In this document: positions 22,540 to 32,701 of the stretch, piece after piece
Numbering within the stretch: position 1 is the stretch's first letter
Layout: every line of letters begins with the position of its first letter
From: an uncultured delta proteobacterium
GTDB lineage: Bacteria; Desulfobacterota; Desulfobacteria; Desulfobacterales; JAFDCJ01
DNA length: 64,000 bases
Direction of reading: 5' to 3'
NCBI GenBank assembly: GCA_963769935.1
Contig: CAVYNY010000022.1
Coordinates: 64,001 to 128,000, forward strand
Translations under genes and position numbers: made by a program
Notes under the pieces: generated by a model
Database searches by the model: none
What the model was told of the DNA's origin: nothing
What the model saw: the letters and a program-made list of their open reading frames with translations, nothing else

Positions 22540-25341
22540 ATGAACATCCCCACCGCCACATACCGGCTGCAACTCAGCCCGGGTTTTGGCTTCAACGATG
22601 CCGCCGCCATCGTCGGCTACCTGGCGGATCTTGGCATTTCGCACCTGTATGCGTCGCCGATATTCAAGGCTCGGCCAGGCAGTCCGCACGGCTATGACGG
22701 GGTGGATCCCAACCAGTTGAATCCGCAGCTGGGCGCGCTGACTGATTTTGAAAATTTGACGCAAGCGTTGCAGGGGCATGCCATGGGCTGGCTGCTGGAC
22801 ATTGTTCCCAACCATTTGGCTTTTGATTATGACAACCGGATGCTGATGGATGTGCTGGAGAACGGACCGCATTCAAAATACTATCGATTCTTTGACATTG
22901 AATGGGATCATCACGATGAGGGGATGCATGGCCGACTGCTGGCGCCGTTTCTGGGAAAGCGCTATGCGGCCTGCCTGGTGGATGGCGAAATTAAATTATC
23001 CTATGAATCTGCCGGCTTTGTTGTCGAATATTATGATTTAAAGCTGCCGTTAAGGATCGATTCGTATTTGGAAATTCTTGGCCATGGGATCGATAAAGTC
23101 GGGGCGACGCTCGGCAAAAGCCGGCCGGATCTTAATGGCCTGATCGATATCCTTGACCGTCTGGCAGGACTGGCGCTGCCGCTCGACCCCGTCGGCCGCT
23201 CCGACCAGATCCGGTCCATTAAACAGACACTTTGGACCACCTATTGCGACAATAGCGCCGTCCGGCAGTTTATTGACAGCGAGCTTCGCCGGTTCAACGG
23301 AGAACCGGGAGATGCGGACAACTTTGGGTTGCTCGACAACATCTTAGCGCAGCAGTTTTATCATCTGTGCTACTGGAAGGCGGCCTGCGATGAAATCAAT
23401 TACCGGCGATTTTTCAGCATCAACGGACTGATTGCGCTATGCCAGGAAAACGAAGCGGTGTTTGATCACACGCACGCCCTGTTGTCCAAACTTATCGGGG
23501 AGGCAATCGTCTCCGGCATCCGCATCGATCACATTGACGGCCTGGGGGATCCGACCGGGTATTTAAAGCGGCTTCGCGGGCGCTTTAAAGACGTCTATAT
23601 CCTGATCGAAAAAATTCTGGGCCCGGCGGAAAGCCTGCCCGACGATTGGCCGGTTCAGGGAACCACCGGCTACGAGTTTGCCAATATGCTCAACGGCCTG
23701 TTTGTCCGGCCGGAAAATGAGGAGAACTTCACCGCGGTTTATACCCGCTTCAGCGGCCGGGAGAATTCATTTGAAGGTCTTGTTTATTCCGGCAAGCGAC
23801 GGATCCTTGAAACCCAGATGGCGGGAGATCTGGATAACCTGGCCGGTTATGTAAAAAGAATTTCCAACCGGACGAGGAGCGGTCGTGATTTCACCCTGAA
23901 ACACCTAAAAGAGTCGCTGGCAGAATTGCTGGTGTGCTTTCCGGTCTACCGGACCTATGTCGATCATGAAGGTCCCCGGCAAGCCGACCGAAGATATATC
24001 CGATCGGCGGTGGAGTTGTCGGTTTTGCACCGGCCGCAGCTGCAGCCCGAGCTTGAGTTACTGCAGCGGTTGCTGCTGGACGAAATCGGTGGGCAAGATT
24101 CCGATGACCCGGCCGGCATCCGCGAACTTAGCCGGCAAATTGTGGTCCGGTTTCAACAGCTGACTGCCCCATTGATGGCCAAGGGGGTTGAAGATACGGC
24201 GCTGTATGTCTACAATCGGTTGCTGTCGCTGAACGACGTCGGCTGCGATCCGCGCCGATTCGGCTGCAGGGCCGCAGATTTTCACGCCTTTGCCGCAAAC
24301 AGAGCGAACCGCTGGCCGCACGCGATGAACAGCAGCGCCACGCATGACTCTAAAAGGGGCGAGGATGCGCGTGCCAGACTGAATGTGCTGTCCGAGATCC
24401 CCGCTGAATGGGCCGCAAGCCTTGAGCAATGGCATATCCTCAACCGCCCTGTAAAAGTCCGGCTCGACGGGCAAGCGATGCCGGATAAAAACGAAGAATA
24501 CTTCCTGTACCAGACCCTGATCGGGGCGTTTCCGATCGGCGACCGGGACCTATCCGGTTTTATTGCAAGAATCAGCCAATACATGGTCAAGGCCGCCCGG
24601 GAAGCCAAAATACACACATCGTGGTTGGAGCCGAACGTCCCCCACGAAGCCGCGCTGACATCTTTTGTGGAAAAAATCCTGCACGCGACCGACGAAAACG
24701 GATTTTTGAAAGTGTTTTTGCCGTTTTGTAAAAAAATTGCCCGCTACGGCATCTTCAATTCACTTTCCCAGACCCTGATTAAAATCACGGCCCCCGGTGT
24801 TCCCGATTTTTATCAGGGCACCGAATTGACGGACCTGAACCTGGTGGACCCCGATAACCGCCGTCCGGTCAATTTTGCCGATCGCGCGTTTTTTTTAAAG
24901 GAGATTCGGGCCCGGGCCCGCACGAATACCCGGGCGCTGATCAGCGAGCTGCTGGTCAACCGTTTCGACGGGCGTCTGAAGATGTATTTGCTTGCCGCAG
25001 CGCTTAAAATCAGAAATGCACATGCGCGTCTTTTCCGGGAAGGCTGCTATATCGCACTGCGGCCTGCCGGACGGTTCCATAACCATGTTCTTGCCTTTGC
25101 CCGGCATTGGGAGCAAAAATGGAGCATTACGGTGGTGCCCCGGTTTTTAACGGCCCTGGTCGGCGAAGATGAAGATCCCTTTGGAGCCGGGATTTGGCAG
25201 GATACGGTGGTCGATTTGCCTGACGGGGCGCCCGTACGCTGGAAAAATATTTTTAGCAACGAGGTGCTGACTGCTGGAAATAGCATAGCCCTCGGTGATG
25301 CGCTGGCAGATTTTCCGATTGCCATGCTTATCGCGGAATGA
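22540..25341 (+). CDS. treY: Malto-oligosyltrehalose synthase (GH13_26)
   Basis: PTATYRLQ, SPHGYD, DIVPNH, INYRRFF, RIDHIDGL, EKIL, THDSKRGED, PDFYQGTE, LVDPDNRRPV. Confidence 0.96.
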   Translation: MNIPTATYRLQLSPGFGFNDAAAIVGYLADLGISHLYASPIFKARPGSPHGYDGVDPNQLNPQLGALTDFENLTQALQGHAMGWLLDIVPNHLAFDYDNRMLMDVLENGPHSKYYRFFDIEWDHHDEGMHGRLLAPFLGKRYAACLVDGEIKLSYESAGFVVEYYDLKLPLRIDSYLEILGHGIDKVGATLGKSRPDLNGLIDILDRLAGLALPLDPVGRSDQIRSIKQTLWTTYCDNSAVRQFIDSELRRFNGEPGDADNFGLLDNILAQQFYHLCYWKAACDEINYRRFFSINGLIALCQENEAVFDHTHALLSKLIGEAIVSGIRIDHIDGLGDPTGYLKRLRGRFKDVYILIEKILGPAESLPDDWPVQGTTGYEFANMLNGLFVRPENEENFTAVYTRFSGRENSFEGLVYSGKRRILETQMAGDLDNLAGYVKRISNRTRSGRDFTLKHLKESLAELLVCFPVYRTYVDHEGPRQADRRYIRSAVELSVLHRPQLQPELELLQRLLLDEIGGQDSDDPAGIRELSRQIVVRFQQLTAPLMAKGVEDTALYVYNRLLSLNDVGCDPRRFGCRAADFHAFAANRANRWPHAMNSSATHDSKRGEDARARLNVLSEIPAEWAASLEQWHILNRPVKVRLDGQAMPDKNEEYFLYQTLIGAFPIGDRDLSGFIARISQYMVKAAREAKIHTSWLEPNVPHEAALTSFVEKILHATDENGFLKVFLPFCKKIARYGIFNSLSQTLIKITAPGVPDFYQGTELTDLNLVDPDNRRPVNFADRAFFLKEIRARARTNTRALISELLVNRFDGRLKMYLLAAALKIRNAHARLFREGCYIALRPAGRFHNHVLAFARHWEQKWSITVVPRFLTALVGEDEDPFGAGIWQDTVVDLPDGAPVRWKNIFSNEVLTAGNSIALGDALADFPIAMLIAE

Positions 25342-25418
25342 ACTACTCGCTTCAGTTTTCGAGGAGCAATTTGCAGGCCTGAATGTACTATCTTTCAGGG
25401 CGAATTAATTAGCGGAGG

Positions 25419-26927
25419 ATGAAATCAATGACCATTCGATCCAGCGGAATTTTATTGCATCCTACCATTCTGCCGACAGACTTCGGAATCGGTGATCTGG
25501 GTCCGGCGGCTTACCGTTTTGTTGACTTTTTGGCGGACACCGGACAGAGCCTCTGGCAGATTCTGCCGTTGACGCCCACTGACCCGAAGCACAAAAACTC
25601 CCCCTATCACAGCACATCCGCCCTGGCCGGCAATCCGCTGCTGATCAGCCCCGAGCTCCTGGTAAAAGAGGGACTGCTGGCTGAATCGGATCTGGCCGAG
25701 GCTCCGGATTTGCGCGGCAACCGCATCGATTTCGCTACGGTGGCGGCTTTTAAAAACAAACTGTTCGAGATTGCCTTCGACCGGTTTCAGCAAAAAACAG
25801 GGGATAAAACGTCGTTTGAGCGATTCTGCGTTCGGCAGGATTTCTGGCTGGATGCGTATGCCCTGTTCGCCGCCCTCAAAGAGCGCTTCGCCGGCCGGCC
25901 CTGGATTGAGTGGCCGCTTGAAATCCGACGCCGATCCCGCGACGACCTGCTGGCCGTCCGGCAGGAGCTGGCGCTTGCCGTTCAAAGGGAAAAATTTTTG
26001 CAGTATGTTTTTTTCCGGCAGTGGATGCAGCTAAAAGACTACTGCCGCCAGAAAGAGGTCAAAATTATGGGCGATATACCGATTTACGTCCACTATGACA
26101 GCGTGGACGTGTGGTGTCACCCCGAGCTGTTCAAACTGGATGAAAACCTCAAGCCCTATGTCGTCTCCGGGGTTCCGCCGGATTACTTCAGCCAAACCGG
26201 CCAGCTGTGGGGCCATCCGCTGTATCGCTGGGATGCCTTTCAGGAAACCGGGTATCACTGGTGGATAATCCGGTTGCAGCACAATCTGCAGCTATGCGAC
26301 CTTGTCCGCATCGATCACTTCCGGGGTCTGGTGGCCTACTGGGAAGTGCCGGCTGAAGAAAAAACCGCCGTCAACGGCAAATGGGTGACGGCGCCGGTTG
26401 ATGATTTCATGCATCATCTGCTGCGGAAATTTGCATGTTTGCCGATTATCGCGGAGGATCTGGGCACCATCTCGGCCGATGTGCGCGAAGTCATGCAGCG
26501 CTATCAACTGCCCGGTATGCGTCTGCTGCTGTTTGCCTTCGGAGAGGACTTCCCCGACGGGGCTTTTTTGCCCCACAATCATGTCAAAAATTGCCTGGTC
26601 TACACGGGAACCCACGACAATAATACCGTGCGCGGCTGGTTCGAAACCGAAGCGAGCTCGGAAAGCAAGACCCGCCTGATGGATTATCTGGGCGGCCATG
26701 TAACGGTCGACCGGCTGCACTGGGCGCTGATCCGCCTGGCGATGATGTCCGTGGCCGATACCGCGGTAATCCCGATTCAGGATTTGCTGGGTCTGGGGTC
26801 GGAAGCCCGCATGAACAATCCGTCCAAGCTGGAAGGCAACTGGTCTTGGCGTCTTGTGGAAAATCCCGTCACCTCTGAGCTTACCAATCGTTTACGCGAG
26901 ACGACCCGCATTTATGGCCGGTCATAA
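25419..26927 (+). CDS. malQ: 4-alpha-glucanotransferase (GH77)
   Basis: GILLHPT, GDIPIYV, GVPPDYFSQTGQLWG, RIDHFRG, AEDLG, YTGTHDN. Confidence 0.96.
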   Translation: MKSMTIRSSGILLHPTILPTDFGIGDLGPAAYRFVDFLADTGQSLWQILPLTPTDPKHKNSPYHSTSALAGNPLLISPELLVKEGLLAESDLAEAPDLRGNRIDFATVAAFKNKLFEIAFDRFQQKTGDKTSFERFCVRQDFWLDAYALFAALKERFAGRPWIEWPLEIRRRSRDDLLAVRQELALAVQREKFLQYVFFRQWMQLKDYCRQKEVKIMGDIPIYVHYDSVDVWCHPELFKLDENLKPYVVSGVPPDYFSQTGQLWGHPLYRWDAFQETGYHWWIIRLQHNLQLCDLVRIDHFRGLVAYWEVPAEEKTAVNGKWVTAPVDDFMHHLLRKFACLPIIAEDLGTISADVREVMQRYQLPGMRLLLFAFGEDFPDGAFLPHNHVKNCLVYTGTHDNNTVRGWFETEASSESKTRLMDYLGGHVTVDRLHWALIRLAMMSVADTAVIPIQDLLGLGSEARMNNPSKLEGNWSWRLVENPVTSELTNRLRETTRIYGRS

Positions 26928-27000
26928 CTATTAATAAGATAAAATGAGTAGACATTACAATCGTTATTGCCAATCTCAAGGCGCTATTCAATCGCATAGT

Positions 27001-27030
27001 GGCGCAAGGCACAAGGCGCAGGGCGCAAGA
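27001..27030 (+). repeat. 7-mer tandem GGC(G/A)CA(A/G) x4
   Basis: GGCGCAA GGCACAA GGCGCAG GGCGCAA. Confidence 0.7.
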
Positions 27031-27078
27031 AAACGATTCATTTTTAAATAGCACCCAGAATGTCATGTCTGTTAACTA

Positions 27079-28419
27079 ATGCGCGGCTTAATAAAAAAAA
27101 GGCATATTAAAACGATCCCAGGATTAAGACGAAGGTGCAAAAGACTGCGAATTAAAAGGCGGATCCTGAATTTGATAGCGGCCACAGTCTGGCTGATCTG
27201 TGCCTGCGGAGCCGCTCATAACGAGGCCCTCGTTTTTGCCGTCGGCGGCGCCCCCTCCGAGGTGTCTTTCTGGGAAGAGCTGCTGCGGGACTTCGAACGG
27301 CAATCCGGCATCCGGGTGGAGCTTTTGCGGCAACCCGCCGATACGGATCAGCGCCGGCAGGGACTGGTGATCGCCTTAAACGCCCGCCAGTCCGACCCGG
27401 ATGTATTCTTGATGGACGTCGCCTGGCTGGGTCTCTTTGTGGCTTCGGACTGGCTGGAACCGCTGGACAACAAGGTGGATGCGGCGCCCTTCTTCCAGCG
27501 TGTGATCAGTCTGGTCGACCGGCACCAGGGGCATTTGATGGCCCTGCCCGTGTATGTGGACTGCGGCATCCTTTACTTTCGGCGGGATTTGCTGGAAAGA
27601 TTCCAGCTGCCCGGTCCGCCGGACACCTGGCCGAAGCTCTTATCTTATTCGCTGACCGTTCAGCAGGCGATGCGCAAAACCAATCCACGCTTTTACGGCT
27701 TCGTCTGGCAGGGCGCCCAGTACGAGGGTCTTGTCTGCAATTTCATGGAATTCAGCGGTTCCAGGGGCGGATTTCTGCAGCAGGGCGGCGAACTGCAACT
27801 GGATGTTGCCGCCAACCGGACGGCGCTGACCTTTATGCGGGACCTGATCTGGCGGGATCGCATCTCGCCGCCGAGCACGTATACCGAGATGAAAGAGGAG
27901 CAAGTGCGTCTCTATTTTCAGGCCGGCAATGCGCTGTTCGAGCGCAACTGGCCCTATGCCTGGTCGCTGCACCAGAGCCCGGGGTCGCCGGTTAAAAATA
28001 GGATCGGCATAGCGCCCCTGCCGGCCCCGCCCGACGGCGGGCGGGTTTCTGCCCTGGGGGGCTGGCACATCGGTCTCTCCCGGTTTTCCGATCGCAAGCT
28101 CCAGGCCATGAAGTTCATCCGTTTTGTTACATCCTATGACACCCAGAAAAAAATTATGTCGCAGATGGGATGGAATCCGGGCCGCGCAGATCTCTATGAT
28201 GACCCGGGCATTTTGAAGCGGGCGCCTCATTACCGACAATTAAAGGATATCTTTCAATACGCGCAGCCCAGGCCGCTGCTGCCCTACTATACCCAGGTTT
28301 CGGCCATCGCCCAGCGCTACCTGAACAGCGCGCTGGCGGACCGCATATCCGCCGGTAAAGCCCTGGGCGCGGCTCAGCATGAAATCGACGCTCTGCAGCA
28401 GCGCTATGAGGTTAAATGA
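27079..28419 (+). CDS. Sugar ABC transporter substrate-binding lipoprotein (trehalose/maltose type)
   Basis: Lipobox-like LICAC. DVFLMDVAW, QGAQYEGL, FERNWPYAW, LGGW, PRP.Y.VS. True start may be downstream. Confidence 0.88.
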   Translation: MRGLIKKRHIKTIPGLRRRCKRLRIKRRILNLIAATVWLICACGAAHNEALVFAVGGAPSEVSFWEELLRDFERQSGIRVELLRQPADTDQRRQGLVIALNARQSDPDVFLMDVAWLGLFVASDWLEPLDNKVDAAPFFQRVISLVDRHQGHLMALPVYVDCGILYFRRDLLERFQLPGPPDTWPKLLSYSLTVQQAMRKTNPRFYGFVWQGAQYEGLVCNFMEFSGSRGGFLQQGGELQLDVAANRTALTFMRDLIWRDRISPPSTYTEMKEEQVRLYFQAGNALFERNWPYAWSLHQSPGSPVKNRIGIAPLPAPPDGGRVSALGGWHIGLSRFSDRKLQAMKFIRFVTSYDTQKKIMSQMGWNPGRADLYDDPGILKRAPHYRQLKDIFQYAQPRPLLPYYTQVSAIAQRYLNSALADRISAGKALGAAQHEIDALQQRYEVK

Positions 28420-28473
28420 GGAGGAATGTCTTATGAAACAGAAAACGAATAGCAAAGCTTGGCCGGCAAGGTC

Positions 28474-28793
28474 TAAATTCCAATTTCCAAGCACCAAATT
28501 ACAAATAAATCCCAAAGTGCAATCATCAATGACCGAAACCGGCTAAGCCAAGAAAATCAGACTATTTTTATTCTTTCATGTTTTGATGATAGAAGCATCG
28601 CTTATTTATATGAAGAGATGACCAAACCTGATGAATTCCCGTTTGTAATTTTGAATTTTGGAATTTGTGATTTTGATCGCCGGCGGTCCTGAGCAAATTT
28701 TTCGCAATTTTATTTGCATTGGTTTCAGGTCCCAGATTTCTGGTGCAATTTCCTTGACAGTGGCTATCAGGTTGACGGCTGACACCTGAAACC
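28474..28793. repeat. 7-mer-based palindromic intergenic repeats inside the ABC operon
   Basis: CAAATTACAAA versus TTTGTAATTTTG inverted arms. GGTTTCAGGT (28721-28730) / ACCTGAAACC (28784-28793). The left arm recurs at 32619-32661. Confidence 0.7.
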
Positions 28794-28821
28794 TTCTTCG
28801 AACGAAGAATTTGAGAGCATA

Positions 28822-29721
28822 ATGCGGATCTTATCCAACCATCATTTTTTCAGCCGGGAAACCTGGACCGCGTTGGCATTTCTGCTGCCGCTGGCCGGTT
28901 TCGTGGTGATTTTCATCCTGGTGCCGGTCCTGGGCACCCTAACGGACGCGTTCTTTTTGGATGTCACCTTCCGGGCCAAACGCTTTATAGGCATAGATAA
29001 CTTTATCTGGCTGTTCAATGACCCGGGCTTCGGTCGGGCACTGTGGTTTACCGGTCTGTTTGTGCTGGTATCCGTGCCGCTGGAAGTGATTCTGGGGCTG
29101 ATCATGGCGCTGGTTCTGAACGAAAAGCTGCCGCTGCGGGGGATCATGCGCGCCGCGGTGCTGATTCCATGGGCGATTCCGGCGGTAGTGTCCGGCCGGA
29201 TCTTCGAGCTTATTTACAATTACAGCTACGGTGCTGCCAACTACGTGTTGACCATGATGCACCTGACGTCCGGACCGGTCAACTGGCTGGGCAGCGAAAT
29301 CGGGGCCTTTTTGGCCCTGGTGATTGCCGACGGCTGGAAAACGACGCCGTTCGCCGCAATTATCCTGCTGGCGGGCCTCTCCGCTATTCCGCAGGATTTG
29401 TACCGCCAGGCCCGCGTGGACCGGGCCAATTTTGTCCAGCGGTTTTCTAAGATAACCCTGCCGCTGTTGAAACCTGTTTTGATCGTCGTGGTGCTCTTTC
29501 GCACAATCGAGGCCTTGCGGGTGTTTGATCTGATTTTCGTCCTGACCGGCGGCGGGCCGGGTGGAGCCACCACATCGGTTTCACTGTTTGGCTATGATTA
29601 TTTTTCGGCCGGCGACTTCGGGTATGGTTCGGCGGCCAGCGTGATTCTTTTTTTCATCGCCTTGGGTTTGTCGCTGGGCCTGGTCAGGCTGAGCCGGGTT
29701 GAACAGGGGGTGATGTCGTGA
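28822..29721 (+). CDS. Carbohydrate ABC permease (MalF-like)
   Basis: TM helices. WKTTPF..ILLAGLSAIP.DLY..A.VD.A EAA-loop. Confidence 0.92.
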   Translation: MRILSNHHFFSRETWTALAFLLPLAGFVVIFILVPVLGTLTDAFFLDVTFRAKRFIGIDNFIWLFNDPGFGRALWFTGLFVLVSVPLEVILGLIMALVLNEKLPLRGIMRAAVLIPWAIPAVVSGRIFELIYNYSYGAANYVLTMMHLTSGPVNWLGSEIGAFLALVIADGWKTTPFAAIILLAGLSAIPQDLYRQARVDRANFVQRFSKITLPLLKPVLIVVVLFRTIEALRVFDLIFVLTGGGPGGATTSVSLFGYDYFSAGDFGYGSAASVILFFIALGLSLGLVRLSRVEQGVMS

Positions 29722-30548
29722 AGGAGGAGACTCTCAAAAAAGGCATCACTTTTGCCGCCGCAGCGGTAACGATCCTTTTTTGCCTGGCGCCGTTCGGGTA
29801 TATGATCCTGACCGGTTTCAGCCGCCAGGCGGACTTTTTGTCTCCGGATACACCCTGGGTCGGCACGCTGGCGAACTATCGCGCCGTCATGGTTTCCGAG
29901 TCCCTTCATTTCACGGCCTTTATGCGCAACAGCATCATCGTTTCCGCGGCCAGTGCGGTGATCAGCGTATTTTTCGCTGCGCTGGCCGCCTATGCCATCA
30001 CCCGCCTGTCTCTGCCCGGCAAGCTGCCGTTCATGTTTTTGATCCTGGCCCTGTCCATGTTTCCGCCGGTCAGTCTGGTGGGGTATTTGTATAAGCTGAT
30101 GACGGCTCTGGGCTGGATCAACACCTATCCGGCCCTGATATTGCCCTATGTGGCCTGGACCCTGCCGCTGTCCTTATGGATTTTGGTCAGCTATTTTTCC
30201 CGCATACCGCGGGATCTCGATCGTGCCGGGCTGATCGACGGCTGCAGCCGGATACAGATTCTCTTTAAGATTATTTTTCCGGTGGCCGCCCCGGGGATTT
30301 TTGCGACCCTGCTGCTGGCCTTTATTTTTGCCTTTAATGAGTTTTTATTTGCGCTGATGCTGACCACCGATTATGCCGCCCGGACCATTCCCGTGGGGAT
30401 TGCGCTCTTCGAGGGTCTGCACGGCCAAATCCCGTGGGGGGAAATCATGGCGGCCGCCACCATGGCAACGGTGCCGGTGGTGGTGCTGGCGCTTGTCTTC
30501 CAGCGGCGCATTATTCAGGGGTTGACCCGGGGAGCGGTCAAGGAATGA
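29718..30548 (+). CDS. Carbohydrate ABC permease (MalG-like)
   Basis: NSIIVS, IPRDLDRAGLIDG, FAFNEFLFAL. Confidence 0.92.
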   Translation: MKEETLKKGITFAAAAVTILFCLAPFGYMILTGFSRQADFLSPDTPWVGTLANYRAVMVSESLHFTAFMRNSIIVSAASAVISVFFAALAAYAITRLSLPGKLPFMFLILALSMFPPVSLVGYLYKLMTALGWINTYPALILPYVAWTLPLSLWILVSYFSRIPRDLDRAGLIDGCSRIQILFKIIFPVAAPGIFATLLLAFIFAFNEFLFALMLTTDYAARTIPVGIALFEGLHGQIPWGEIMAAATMATVPVVVLALVFQRRIIQGLTRGAVKE

Positions 30549-31672
30549 CACTTGCCATCGAGCATCTCAGCAAACGCTTTACGACGCTGCGCGGCCCAGT
30601 GGACGCCGTGCGCGATGTCAGTCTGGAGATTCATCCCGGTGAATTTTTTGTCCTGCTGGGCCCCAGCGGCTGCGGCAAGAGCACCCTGCTGAATCTGGTG
30701 GCCGGTCTGGAAAAGCCGACGGATGGTGAGATCCGGCTTGAAGATCAAACGGTGGCCGCCCCTCGTAAAGGCGTGTTTGAGCCGCCGCGGCAGCGCAATG
30801 TGGCCATGGTTTTCCAGAGTTATGCGCTGTATCCCCATTTGAAAGTTTACGACAATATCGCCTTTCCGCTGCGGGTGGTGCGCACCGGCAAATCGGATAT
30901 CGACCGGGCTGTCAAGCGCACCGCCGCCATGCTGGACATCGAGGAATTGATGGATCGCAAGCCGGCCGAACTTTCCGGCGGACAACGCCAGCGGGTGGCC
31001 ATCGCCCGGGCGCTGGTGCGACGGCCGCGGCTGTTTCTGCTGGACGAACCCCTATCCAATTTAGACGCCCAGCTGCGCAGCCGCACGCGGCTGGAATTAA
31101 AAAATCTGCAGCAGCAGCTGGGCGTTACCACATTGTACGTCACCCACGACCAAACCGAAGCCATGACGCTGGGCCACCGCATTGCCCTGCTCAAAGACGG
31201 TTCGCTGATTCAGGTGGGAACTCCGGAAGACATGTATGCGCATCCACGGACGGCGTTTGCCGCCACATTCATCGGTTCGCCGTCCATGAATCTGATAAGC
31301 GCCCGCCTGCGGCAGGAAGGGCAGGGTGTCTTCGTCGAATTAGGGGATACACATTCGCAAATAGAGCTAAAAAAGGATGTAAGACCGGATCTCCGTTTCA
31401 AGCGGGAGATCACCGTGGGAATTCGACCCGAACACATCCAATTCAGCGCTGAACGCTCCCCGTCCTGCCTGTCCGGCAGAATCGGCGCAATTGAACCCCT
31501 GGGCCGGGAGCTGCTGCTGCACGTGCAAACGGACGCCGGCACGCTTCTTGTTTTAAGCGCCGACAAACACTTTAAAGCCGGTGATACCGCAGCGATCGTC
31601 TTCGATCCGGATCGGATTCATCTTTTTGAAAGAAGGTCAAATGAAATGGGAGAGCAATGGAAGGCGTCATAA
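30545..31672 (+). CDS. Sugar ABC transporter ATPase (MalK-like)
   Basis: GPSGCGKST, VFQSYALYPH, LSGGQRQR, LLDEPLSNLD, TOBE C-terminus. ATG overlaps the upstream stop. Confidence 0.94.
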   Translation: MTLAIEHLSKRFTTLRGPVDAVRDVSLEIHPGEFFVLLGPSGCGKSTLLNLVAGLEKPTDGEIRLEDQTVAAPRKGVFEPPRQRNVAMVFQSYALYPHLKVYDNIAFPLRVVRTGKSDIDRAVKRTAAMLDIEELMDRKPAELSGGQRQRVAIARALVRRPRLFLLDEPLSNLDAQLRSRTRLELKNLQQQLGVTTLYVTHDQTEAMTLGHRIALLKDGSLIQVGTPEDMYAHPRTAFAATFIGSPSMNLISARLRQEGQGVFVELGDTHSQIELKKDVRPDLRFKREITVGIRPEHIQFSAERSPSCLSGRIGAIEPLGRELLLHVQTDAGTLLVLSADKHFKAGDTAAIVFDPDRIHLFERRSNEMGEQWKAS

Positions 31673-32613
31673 AAACGGATCAAATCCGATGCTACGACGG
31701 TGACGGCAATCTGATGGACTGTGCCGGGTCCGGTCAGGACGCCGGGATGCGGTTCGGGGTCAAATGGCCGAGTCCTCGATTTGAAGCGCACGGGGACGTG
31801 GTCATTGACCGCCTTAGCGGGTTAATGTGGACCCGAGATGCGGGACTGAGCGAATTTCCGCAAACTTGGATCGAAGCAACTTATTTTATAGAAAAAATAA
31901 ACCGTGGGGAGATCTTCGGCTATCGGGATTGGCGTCTTGCGGAGCGGCGGGAACTGTTCAGTCTGGTAAGCCACCAGCGGGTTAATCCGGCACTGCCCTC
32001 CGGCGCTCCTTTTGAGAATGTGTTTACCGGCTACTATTGGACGGCGACGACCTGCAGCCGGCTAAGGGATCAGGCCTGGTACATCCACTTGGGAGGCGGA
32101 CGCATCCAGCGGGGGATGAAACACGGATCTTACATGGTCTGGCCGGTGCGCTGCTGTTCAAATAATCATGACCCGGCCTCGGCTGACAGCCGCTATGCAA
32201 TCGATAAGGGTACGGTTTATGACCGGCGCACCGGGCTTGGATGGGCAACAGTGGAACCGCCGTCATTGGGGCCCTTAAGCTGGACGGACGCCTTGGATAT
32301 TGTCGACAGCATGAATGCCGGGGTTGCGTATGGTTACCACGACTGGCGATTGCCGAATATTCGCGAGCTTGAAAGCCTCATCGATATCCGGCGGCATACG
32401 CCGGCTCTTTCCGAGGGTCATCCCTTCAACCAGGTGCCGGAGGGGTGCTGGTCTTCCACCACCAGCGTTTATGAGCCGCACTATGCCTGGGTCGTTTACA
32501 TGCAGGACGGCGCCGTCGGCGTCGGCTATAAAAAGAATCCGGAATTTCATGCATGGGCGGTGCGAGGAGGAGTTCGACTCCAGACTAAAGCGGCCAGCCT
32601 TCCGGACATGTGA
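31657..32613 (+). CDS. Tandem DUF1566 (Lcl C-terminal) domain protein
   Basis: Two repeats of V.D..tGL.W...GY.DWRL....EL.SL...yWssT....AW.v....G...VR. No signal peptide. Confidence 0.88.
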   Translation: MEGVIKTDQIRCYDGDGNLMDCAGSGQDAGMRFGVKWPSPRFEAHGDVVIDRLSGLMWTRDAGLSEFPQTWIEATYFIEKINRGEIFGYRDWRLAERRELFSLVSHQRVNPALPSGAPFENVFTGYYWTATTCSRLRDQAWYIHLGGGRIQRGMKHGSYMVWPVRCCSNNHDPASADSRYAIDKGTVYDRRTGLGWATVEPPSLGPLSWTDALDIVDSMNAGVAYGYHDWRLPNIRELESLIDIRRHTPALSEGHPFNQVPEGCWSSTTSVYEPHYAWVVYMQDGAVGVGYKKNPEFHAWAVRGGVRLQTKAASLPDM

Positions 32614-32701
32614 AATAGTAAACGCCAAATTTCAAGCACCAAACAACAAATAAATCCCAAATCACGTTATTTTGAATTGTGCCAGGACTAAGAGTTGATC
32701 C

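Noticed and set aside
31657..32613. DUF1566 protein as a diversity-generating retroelement target
   Set aside because: No reverse transcriptase and no near-identical template repeat differing at adenines was seen in the window.
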